Source: an uncultured Verrucomicrobiae bacterium | GTDB taxonomy: Bacteria; Verrucomicrobiota; Verrucomicrobiia; Chthoniobacterales; UBA10450 | NCBI GenBank assembly: GCA_963726745.1 | Contig: CAVSDR010000007.1 | Coordinates: 32,001 to 96,000, forward strand | Reading direction: 5' to 3' | Length of the DNA: 64,000 nucleotides | Shown here: in pieces, positions 51,110 through 58,923 of the stretch | Layout: each line of letters opens with the position of its first letter | How positions within the stretch are numbered: the stretch's first letter is position 1 | Translations under genes and position numbers: made by a program | Notes under the pieces: generated by a model | Told to the model about the DNA's origin: nothing | The model's database searches: none | Seen by the model: only the letters and a program-made list of their open reading frames with translations

Positions 51110-52306
51110 TTAAACGGCTACTTCGACGCCCGCAGGCTTTGCGACGCGTTCACAAAGTGCTGCCAAACCTTTGAACATGGTCGCCTGCCCCCAGTGAAGC
51201 ATGGGCGTCTTTGCGGTCACGAAAGGATATTGCCGGTAGTAGAAGAATCCCTCTTGATCCTGCATGTGCTCGATCGTCCAGGTGGCGACTCGCTCCGCTA
51301 AAGTCAGCGACTCCGGGTCGTCCTCGGAAAGCACGGCCAGCGTATCGATCGCCTGCGCCGCGCATTGGATGTCCACCGGAAAAGTCCGATTGTCGTAATA
51401 CTTCGGGCGTCCAGTAGGCTCGAAAAAGTTTCGCTTAAAATACTCGAGTCCTTTGCGAAGGTTCTCTCCGAAAGCGGCCTCGCCCGTCGCCTGGATGAAG
51501 CGATGGAGGCTTTCCAGGTTATAGCCGGTGTGAAAGCTGTCGAACCAGCGATACTTCTCCTCCTCGCCATACCACCAGCCGCCATCGCCATGTTGCCGGC
51601 TGCAACTATAGAGCATCGCTTCCTGCGCCACGCGAAGGTAGCTCTCGTTACCATTCTGGGCGGCTGTCCGCGCCAGCATGGCGGCGCCGAGCATATTTGA
51701 GTTGTGGATCGAACTTTGCACCTCGGCGAGATAGCTGATGCAACTCCCGCTGGAGGTTTTTTCCCGGGGCAGGTCCATGATCCAATCACATACGCTCTCC
51801 GCGATTCGGAGAAACCAGCGGTCTTGCGTCAGTTCGTAGGCCAGCACGTAGGCCTGGCCAATGAGTGCCGTCCACACAATGATCGGATCGTTGCTGGTGT
51901 AGCGGCCGCCACGCGAAGCGAAGTCGAAATGGTTACTCCAGCTGTGGTGCTGGAAGCGCGCCACTTTGTGTTGGTCGAGCCAGCGCAAGCAATCCGCTGC
52001 CTTCTCCAGGAAACTGACCTCGCCCGTTGTCCGATAGCGTTTCAGGTAACCCCACGCCATGTAACCGCGGCCCTTGGTCGAATCCTTCGGCTGCACGCCA
52101 AGGAGCGGACGGAGGTTGATGGGAGACTGCCGGATTGCCTGGAGGAGAAGGCGCTCGCCAAAAATACTGCCAAATAATAAGGGCCGCGCCCACGAGGAAA
52201 GGCCGTCAAAAGGTTCGTAGCCTTTGTAGCTCTGCCCTTCGACCCAGCGCTGCACGCGATCGAGGCTGTCGATAAACTTAGCTGCCTTTGATTGGATCTC
52301 CTCCAT
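51110..52306 (-). CDS. Conserved EPS-locus protein, probable (alpha/alpha)-barrel (six-hairpin glycosidase/epimerase-like)
   Basis: YKGYEPFDGL, IHNSN, QHGDGGWWYG, DSFHTGY and HWGQA motifs with helical repeats. Function not established. Confidence 0.6.
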   Translation of the reverse strand: MEEIQSKAAKFIDSLDRVQRWVEGQSYKGYEPFDGLSSWARPLLFGSIFGERLLLQAIRQSPINLRPLLGVQPKDSTKGRGYMAWGYLKRYRTTGEVSFLEKAADCLRWLDQHKVARFQHHSWSNHFDFASRGGRYTSNDPIIVWTALIGQAYVLAYELTQDRWFLRIAESVCDWIMDLPREKTSSGSCISYLAEVQSSIHNSNMLGAAMLARTAAQNGNESYLRVAQEAMLYSCSRQHGDGGWWYGEEEKYRWFDSFHTGYNLESLHRFIQATGEAAFGENLRKGLEYFKRNFFEPTGRPKYYDNRTFPVDIQCAAQAIDTLAVLSEDDPESLTLAERVATWTIEHMQDQEGFFYYRQYPFVTAKTPMLHWGQATMFKGLAALCERVAKPAGVEVAV

Positions 52307-52307
52307 A

Positions 52308-53453
52308 TCAGGCAGCGCTGCGCGCGACTTCGGCCGAACCGCGAGCAGCGTCCGGCTGTTGGAAAAACTCGCGGATGGCGCTGCAAACGTATTCACACGC
52401 TGCGTCACTCATCTCCGGATAGATTGGGAGCGAAAGAATGCGGGACTGGTTTGCGTGCGCGTTGGGGTAGTCCGCCGGCGTCGACTTTAAGCGGGCGTAA
52501 GCCGGAAGAAACGGGAGCGCTTTCGGGTAGTTCAAGACCGTGTCGATGCCAGCATCCTTCAGGTGCGCGCGGAGTTCATCGCGGCGGTCGGTGCGGATGA
52601 CGTAGAGGTGGTAAACGTGCTCGCGACCGGGCGCGACTTTCGGGAGGGTCAGACCGGGAAGGTCGCGCAGGAGTTCATCGTAACGCGCGGCCACGCGCTG
52701 GCGAGCGGCGGTCCATTCGCGCAGGTGAGGTAATTTAGCCGACAAGATGGCGGCCTGCAGGCCGTCGAGCCGGCTATTGATGCCTTCCATGACATGATCC
52801 CCTTTTCCGCCGTGACGTGCGTAGGTTGCGGTCCATTCGGCTAGCTTGGCGTCGTTGGTCACGAGGCATCCGGCATCGCCATAGGCGCCGAGGTTCTTGC
52901 CGGGATAAAAGGAGAAGGTCGCCGCGTTGCCGAAGGTGCCAACGGTCTGGCCTTGAAACTTCGCCAGATGCGCTTGCGCGCAATCTTCCAGGACCCAGAG
53001 CCCGCGTTCGTTAGCCAGCGACATGATCGCGCCCATGTCGGCTGGTTGCCCGTAAAGGTGCACCGGAATGATCCCTACGGTTCGCGGTCCGATTTTTTCC
53101 GCGAGCTTTACCGGATCGATCGTGAAGGTCTCTCTATCGGTGTCGCAAAAGACCACCTGGCCGCCGGCCTGTGTGATCGCCTCCGAGCTGGAGATCCAGG
53201 AGTGCGCGGTGGTGATGACCTCGTCGCCCGGTTGAAGTCCAAGACCGCGGAGCGCGATGTAGATCGCGTCGGTCCCGTTCGCGCAGGAGACGCAATGCTT
53301 CGTGCCCACGGCGGCCGCCCATTCCTTCTCGAAAGCATCGACGTATGGGCCGCGAATGTAGGAGGACTTCGCGATGACGTCGGCAATGACCGCATCGATC
53401 TCGGACTTGATCGTAAGATACTGCGCGTGCAGGTCGACGAAGGGAATTTTCAT
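52308..53453 (-). CDS. DegT/DnrJ aminotransferase (WbpE/FdtB-like, C3 type)
   Basis: IPFVDL, NGTDA, EDCAQAH, SFYPGKNLGAYGDAG, NSRLDGLQAA. Confidence 0.93.
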   Translation of the reverse strand: MKIPFVDLHAQYLTIKSEIDAVIADVIAKSSYIRGPYVDAFEKEWAAAVGTKHCVSCANGTDAIYIALRGLGLQPGDEVITTAHSWISSSEAITQAGGQVVFCDTDRETFTIDPVKLAEKIGPRTVGIIPVHLYGQPADMGAIMSLANERGLWVLEDCAQAHLAKFQGQTVGTFGNAATFSFYPGKNLGAYGDAGCLVTNDAKLAEWTATYARHGGKGDHVMEGINSRLDGLQAAILSAKLPHLREWTAARQRVAARYDELLRDLPGLTLPKVAPGREHVYHLYVIRTDRRDELRAHLKDAGIDTVLNYPKALPFLPAYARLKSTPADYPNAHANQSRILSLPIYPEMSDAACEYVCSAIREFFQQPDAARGSAEVARSAA

Positions 53454-53932
53454 GAGGCAGAAGGATTGATCGGGCGCAGGAGCCGGGCGGGATTACCGGC
53501 GTAGATGCCAGGCTCCGAAATGTCCTTGGTTACGACCGAGCCGGCGCCAATGACCACGTGGTCGCAGATGCTCACCGGGAGGACGGTCACGTTCGTCCCG
53601 ATGCTGACGTGATGGCCGATGACGGTATTTCGCCAGAGGTCGCGGCGGCCTTTGGCTGGACCGCCGATGGCAAAGAGATCGTTCACAAACATCGCGCCGT
53701 GCGAGATGAAACAATCGTCGCCGATCGTGACCAATTCGCAGATAAAAGCGTGTGACTGCACCCGGCAACGCTGCCCGATGACGACGCCGCTTTGGATTTC
53801 CACGAACGGTCCGATGAAGCTTCCGTCGCCGATGGTGCAGCCATAGAGATTGGCCGGCTCGACCACGGTGACATCCCGGCCGAAGGAGACGTTTACCAAG
53901 CCGCTGCGCAGGATGCGGGGAGAGTCGCTCAC
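53450..53932 (-). CDS. Hexapeptide-repeat N-acetyltransferase (WbpD-like)
   Basis: NLYGCTIG, FVEIQ, SHAFICE, FVND, AGNPAR. Confidence 0.9.
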   Translation of the reverse strand: MSDSPRILRSGLVNVSFGRDVTVVEPANLYGCTIGDGSFIGPFVEIQSGVVIGQRCRVQSHAFICELVTIGDDCFISHGAMFVNDLFAIGGPAKGRRDLWRNTVIGHHVSIGTNVTVLPVSICDHVVIGAGSVVTKDISEPGIYAGNPARLLRPINPSAS

Positions 53933-54975
53933 GCCGTTGCCCCCTTAGCCAAATGACCGTTCCAAGGCCGCGCGCGCTCGAGAATGGAGACCACGCCACG
54001 CGCGTGTGACAGGCCGGTCTGAGGTTCGCGGCCTTCGCGCACGCAATCGCGGAAGTGTTCCGCTTCCACCCGCAGAGGCTCGGTGAACTTTACCTGCGGA
54101 ATGACAATATCGCCGCTGCGATAGTTAAACTGCGCGATCTGCGGGTGATCGAAGTCCATGTTTTCACCAAGGATCGCGCGCCGGTCGATCCCCTTGTCGT
54201 AAATCGTGATCTTGTTCTCCGCGATGTCGTCGTAGACGACCATCTTGCGCGAGCCGACGATAATCATCTTGCGGACCTTCTGCGGGTCGAGCCAGCTCAC
54301 GTGGATATTGGCGATGACTTTGCCAGGATACTCAAGGCTCAGGAAGACCACGTCGTCGATCCCCTCCTGCATGTAAGCCATGCCTTGCCGGCAAATGGAA
54401 ATCGGCTCGGGATTTCCCAGCCAATACTGGATGATGCTGATGTCGTGCGGCGCAAAGTTCCAGAGCGCATCAATGTCGGAACGGATGCGGCCGAGGTTCA
54501 AACGCTGACTGTAGATGTAGCGCACTTCGCCGAGATCCCCGGCGTCGATCAGCCCCTTCACGTAACGCACGGCGGCGTTGTAGACGAAGGTGTGGCCGGT
54601 CATGACCACGAGCCCGCGCTCGCGGGCGCAACGCGCGAGCTCATCGACTTCCGAGGCTTTGGTAGCCAGCGGTTTCTCGACAAAGACGTGCTTGCCGGCT
54701 TCGAGCATTTGCTGCGCGAGCTGGAAATGGCTCGCGGCTGGCGTGGCGATCACGACTGCTTTCACCTCCGGATCCCGCACAACCTCATCGACCGATCCCA
54801 GCGCGCGGCTCTTCGGGAAATTTGCTTCGACAAAGGCCCGGCGTTCCTCGCTGGCGTCGACCACATACTTAACGTGGCAATCGCGCAGCGCGGAGAAATT
54901 GCGCAGGAGATTCGGTCCCCAATACCCGCAGCCGAGCTGCGCGAGGACGAAAGGTTCAGGAGCGGTGGAGGTCAA
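53929..54975 (-). CDS. Gfo/Idh/MocA oxidoreductase (sugar-nucleotide 3-dehydrogenase-like)
   Basis: GCGYWGPNLLRNF, VEKP, RLNLG, APHD, SWLDP. Likely TTG start at 54975. Confidence 0.9.
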   Translation of the reverse strand: MTSTAPEPFVLAQLGCGYWGPNLLRNFSALRDCHVKYVVDASEERRAFVEANFPKSRALGSVDEVVRDPEVKAVVIATPAASHFQLAQQMLEAGKHVFVEKPLATKASEVDELARCARERGLVVMTGHTFVYNAAVRYVKGLIDAGDLGEVRYIYSQRLNLGRIRSDIDALWNFAPHDISIIQYWLGNPEPISICRQGMAYMQEGIDDVVFLSLEYPGKVIANIHVSWLDPQKVRKMIIVGSRKMVVYDDIAENKITIYDKGIDRRAILGENMDFDHPQIAQFNYRSGDIVIPQVKFTEPLRVEAEHFRDCVREGREPQTGLSHARGVVSILERARPWNGHLAKGATA

Positions 54976-54983
54976 AGTAAGAC

Positions 54984-56594
54984 TTAAGCAGCGACCAGAA
55001 ATTCCTCGCCCGGGAGCAAGGGCCGGTCGGTAAATGCGGGGCCGCCGCCGGCGCTGCGCGGATGATGCACCCGGATTTGCAAAGGGGGCAACGCATCGGC
55101 TTCCGTCCCGAGCGCGCGCAAGCCGAGGCCTTCGCCGCTGGCGAAGGAAGCGGCGCGGCGTTTGCGGAACCAGGCGACCGCTTCGCCCGCTGTCGCCGAC
55201 CACACTTTTTGTGCGCGCAATTGCTCGAGCAATTCCCGGTAAGGCTGCTCCCACAAGCGTTCCGGCGCGAGGCTGCGGTCGTGCCAGTTCACCGTCAGCA
55301 CTCCGCCAAAGCGCTGACTATTTTTAATGAAGGTGGCGATGACTTCCCCGGCTTCGGCCTCGCGCAGGTGAAGGTAGGAGGGATAGAAAAGCGCCGTGTC
55401 CATCAGGTGGAGCGGGAGTTCGAGGAGGCGCTGGGCCTTGGCTGGCTGGAAAACTTGAGTGGTTCCGTTCCGATAACCGACGCTTTCATTGTAACCCAAA
55501 CTCGAATCGTAGGAGTAGCCGGCAGCTTCCAAGACCGCGGGCGAATTGGATCCAAAGAAAAGCCAATGCATGCGCACGCCGATTTCGTCCGTTCCAAGGT
55601 AAGCCTGCAACGCGGCCTGTTCCTGGCGACCGAGCTCGGCATCGCGCCAGGCATCGATTCCGTGAACCGCGATTTCATTCCCGGCCGAGTGCAAACGCTC
55701 CAAGTCTTCCCGGACATCGGCCAATTCGTAAGCGGCGGCGCGTTTCGTCTGTTCCCGACCGGAGGCATCGAGGCCGGGCCGGCCTTTCATCGGGATGAAG
55801 AAGAAAGTGGAGACAAAGTCGCGTTCCAGTTCGAGGTAATGCGCAACCTCATCCCAGAGATCGCGCGCCTGGCCGGAGTAAATAGCCGGCAAGCTCACGG
55901 CCGCTTTCCAGTTTCGCACTAATTGCGCAAGGCTCTTCCTGCCGGTGAGCGCGTCGACGATGGAACGACCGAAAGCTCGCGCGAGAAAGCCGAACGCGGT
56001 GTGATCCCAGCGGTGGCACTTGATCCGCGGATGGTCAACGTCGTGCGTCAGGCAGACGGTAAAATCATAACCCGCCGGGACGGGCGGGATCTCAACGACG
56101 GAAACTCCGTGCTCGATCAGCAATTCCCGCAAGATCGCGATGTGAAGATCAAGCGTCGGGGACCCGGCGAACTCCGCTGGTTGTCCCTGCTCCAGGAGAT
56201 GCCGAACCTCCGCGAAAAGATCGTAACCAATGCGCAGGATGACCTGTCCCGCGCGCGCCTCCTTGCGAAAGAGAGAGCGACTGTCGCCCATTCGCAGCAA
56301 GCTTTCAGCGGAACGCGGGAAGCTCATGCAGGTCCCATAAAGCGGCAGTAATTCGTCGTGGTAGCGCGTGGGCACCCCCTGCACCGGAGCACCCAAGTCG
56401 TCGTCTAGTTCCCCGCAAGCTTGTGAGCCGTAAAACAGGACCAGGCGTGCGGAGCTTGGCGGAAGCTGGCCGGTGGTGCAGAGGAGCACGTCTTCTTCGT
56501 CCCCTGGCTCGGCAAAATGCCAGGGAGTCTTAAAGAGCTCAAAGAACTCTCGCGCGATTGCGCGTTCCTCGTCTTTAACCGCCACGGCAATCAT
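54984..56594 (-). CDS. Polysaccharide deacetylase-like protein
   Basis: CLTHDVD, EIAVHG, RMHWL, YDSSLG, LPLHLMD, NWH. Confidence 0.8.
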   Translation of the reverse strand: MIAVAVKDEERAIAREFFELFKTPWHFAEPGDEEDVLLCTTGQLPPSSARLVLFYGSQACGELDDDLGAPVQGVPTRYHDELLPLYGTCMSFPRSAESLLRMGDSRSLFRKEARAGQVILRIGYDLFAEVRHLLEQGQPAEFAGSPTLDLHIAILRELLIEHGVSVVEIPPVPAGYDFTVCLTHDVDHPRIKCHRWDHTAFGFLARAFGRSIVDALTGRKSLAQLVRNWKAAVSLPAIYSGQARDLWDEVAHYLELERDFVSTFFFIPMKGRPGLDASGREQTKRAAAYELADVREDLERLHSAGNEIAVHGIDAWRDAELGRQEQAALQAYLGTDEIGVRMHWLFFGSNSPAVLEAAGYSYDSSLGYNESVGYRNGTTQVFQPAKAQRLLELPLHLMDTALFYPSYLHLREAEAGEVIATFIKNSQRFGGVLTVNWHDRSLAPERLWEQPYRELLEQLRAQKVWSATAGEAVAWFRKRRAASFASGEGLGLRALGTEADALPPLQIRVHHPRSAGGGPAFTDRPLLPGEEFLVAA

Positions 56595-56602
56595 ACCTAG
56601 TT

Positions 56603-58834
56603 CTAGAACAAGCCGCTGATGGCATTCAGCAGGGCGGCCTTTTCCCGCGTCCAGGTGTGCGCCAGGTAGACTTGCTGGCCGCGGCCGACGGTTCCCAATA
56701 CTTCCTCGCGATGCCGCGCCGCGAACCGAATCTTATCCGCAAGATCGTCGGCATTCCCGAGCTCGAAGTAGAGCAAGTCGTCCGAGCCAAAGTAATCGCG
56801 AATGCCTTCCGCCTCGGGCGCGATCACCGGCTTGCCGAGGGCGAGGTATTCAAAGATGCGCGTGGGCGTGTTGATCTCGGTAAAGATGTTGCGGTGATTC
56901 GGAATGATGCCGAGATCGCACTGTTGGATCGCCTCGACGATGCCGTGGACGTTCTTCGGGCCGAGGTAATCGATATGCTCCGCGAGGCCGCGCTCGCGCG
57001 CGGAAGCGACCACGGTATCGAAGAATCCGGTGCGTCCTCCACAGACGACAAGACGCGCTTGCGGGAGCGTTTCGCGCACGCGCTCCAGCGCATCCACCGC
57101 GAGGTCGAAGCCATTTCGCGGGACGAGCGAGCCGTGGTAAAGGATGGTGAAAGGACGCTCGGACGCGTGATGTCCGTTCGTTCCATGGCCATTGAGCGAG
57201 CCGTTCGCGGTCGTAGTCGGCTGGAATTGAAAGATGGCGTCGTCGGGGGAATTCAGGACCACGGTGATCTTGTCGGCGGCGCAACTGCGGCTGGAGTAGA
57301 TCTTCTTGCAGGCCAGGTTCACCGTCAGGATGACGTCGGCAAAACCGATGCTCCAGCGCTCGAGCTTCTTCAACAGGCGCACGCTCAGGCTCTTTTCCGG
57401 AAGCCGGAAAATGGTCTGCATCAATTCCGGCATCGGATCGTGCAGATCGAGGATAACTTTGGCGCCAAAGAGCTTGGGAACAGCGGCGCTGAAGGCAAGG
57501 ACGTCGGGCATGTTGTGCACATGCACGAAGTCATAGCGCCGGCGGAGAGAACGCATGGCCAGCTGCGCGAAACAGATCGCGAGGAAGGCGGAGTATTGCC
57601 CGATGTAACTTAATTTGCCGGCGCGATGGCGTTTCAGGGGCACCCGGTAAACGTGAATGTTGCCGAAGCTTTCGTGACTGGGCTGCTCGTGGTCGTCACG
57701 ATCGTCGCGCAGGCAGATGACGTCGATCGATACTCCTTCCGCGGCCAGCGCTTCAGCCGCGCGGCGCGGCCGAGGATCTGCGGGGTAGTGTGAGAAGAGC
57801 ACCACAGCGGCGCGCTTGCCGCGCAGGCGGCGGAGCTTAGGCGAACGCGGGATGGCATTCGGGGCCGCGGTCGTGAGTTGATGCTCGCGCTCGCGCTTAA
57901 CTTCGGCGGCAACTTCCCGAGGCAAAGGATGCCAATACTCCCCGGCGTAACGCTCGCGCAGGTAGCTAAGAAACTCGCGGTAAAGTTCCACCGGATACTC
58001 CGTCGATTTCCGCCGGCCGGTCCCGAAGGACATGTAATCCGGGTGGGTATCGAGCAGGACCATGCCGCCGTGTTGCGCGATCCAATCGAGCTTGCGCATC
58101 CAAATTTCCGGGGTGGTCTCGCGCAAGAGCAGGAAGAGGGTGGAATCCTGGGGCAGCGTGTAAGGGAGTTCCACGTAGCCTTGGCTGGAGGCGCCGGCGC
58201 CATTGCCGGCGGCCCCATTCTCGGCCGCTTCATTTCCCACCCAGAAGGGGAAAATCGTGTGCCGACCTTCGGGCTGCGGCTCGAAAGGATCGGTGTCGAA
58301 AGTGGAAGCGTCGTATTGGATGCCGAGCTCGTGCATCCACTCGAGTTTGTGCAGCATGAAACCGGAACGAAAACCGGCGGCACCCCACTCGCGGAGGTAA
58401 TGATTAATGCGCTGCGCCTTCTGCTTAAACTCGCGGCGCGATTGGTAAAGGCGCCCATCGTGTTGCAGATCGTGCACCCCGACTTCGAAGCCTTGGGCAG
58501 TCAGGTCATCGCGCAATTCGCGCGGCACCGTGTAACCACCTTCGGGAATGAAGTTGAAGGAAGAGCGGAAGCCGAGTTCCTGCTCCACCTGCATGAGCTC
58601 GCGGCATTTCTTTAGTCCGACCTGCGCCTCGACGTCGTGGGTCAGGACGAGCGCGAACTTCTTGCCTTCGGGCCAGCCGCGCCAGCCATCGGGCGGCGCT
58701 TCCGAGCCGGGCATGATCGGCCAGGTGTCGCGCACATGGTCGCGCAGGCGCATGGCGAAATTTCGCCGAATGGCCGTGCGCAGAGCCTGTGGCACGAACG
58801 GCTTTACACGATAGTAGATTTTATTGCGTAACAC
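56603..58834 (-). CDS. Fusion: polysaccharide deacetylase-like domain + glycosyltransferase family 4
   Basis: N-terminal LTHDVE, VGVHD, YDAST, THPDY. C-terminal DPRPRR, HVHNMPD, DLHD, PTRIFEYLALGKP. Confidence 0.85.
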   Translation of the reverse strand: MLRNKIYYRVKPFVPQALRTAIRRNFAMRLRDHVRDTWPIMPGSEAPPDGWRGWPEGKKFALVLTHDVEAQVGLKKCRELMQVEQELGFRSSFNFIPEGGYTVPRELRDDLTAQGFEVGVHDLQHDGRLYQSRREFKQKAQRINHYLREWGAAGFRSGFMLHKLEWMHELGIQYDASTFDTDPFEPQPEGRHTIFPFWVGNEAAENGAAGNGAGASSQGYVELPYTLPQDSTLFLLLRETTPEIWMRKLDWIAQHGGMVLLDTHPDYMSFGTGRRKSTEYPVELYREFLSYLRERYAGEYWHPLPREVAAEVKREREHQLTTAAPNAIPRSPKLRRLRGKRAAVVLFSHYPADPRPRRAAEALAAEGVSIDVICLRDDRDDHEQPSHESFGNIHVYRVPLKRHRAGKLSYIGQYSAFLAICFAQLAMRSLRRRYDFVHVHNMPDVLAFSAAVPKLFGAKVILDLHDPMPELMQTIFRLPEKSLSVRLLKKLERWSIGFADVILTVNLACKKIYSSRSCAADKITVVLNSPDDAIFQFQPTTTANGSLNGHGTNGHHASERPFTILYHGSLVPRNGFDLAVDALERVRETLPQARLVVCGGRTGFFDTVVASARERGLAEHIDYLGPKNVHGIVEAIQQCDLGIIPNHRNIFTEINTPTRIFEYLALGKPVIAPEAEGIRDYFGSDDLLYFELGNADDLADKIRFAARHREEVLGTVGRGQQVYLAHTWTREKAALLNAISGLF

Positions 58835-58852
58835 AGGTGTGAACGCTCAGGT

Positions 58853-58876
58853 GGCATCCAGCGGCGGATGCCTTTT
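58853..58876. other. Intergenic hairpin downstream of wzc
   Basis: GGCATCC-N6-GGATGCC followed by TTTT on the plus strand only, i.e. antisense to the operon. Confidence 0.45.
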
Positions 58877-58923
58877 CGGGATGTGGTCGCCGGCTGCGGG
58901 TGACAGTCGGACGACGGTCGCGA

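Noticed and set aside
58850..58867. GGTGGCATCCAG identical to the -24 half of the 4760-4775 promoter
   Set aside because: Wrong strand and no GC at the -12 position; it is one arm of a hairpin.
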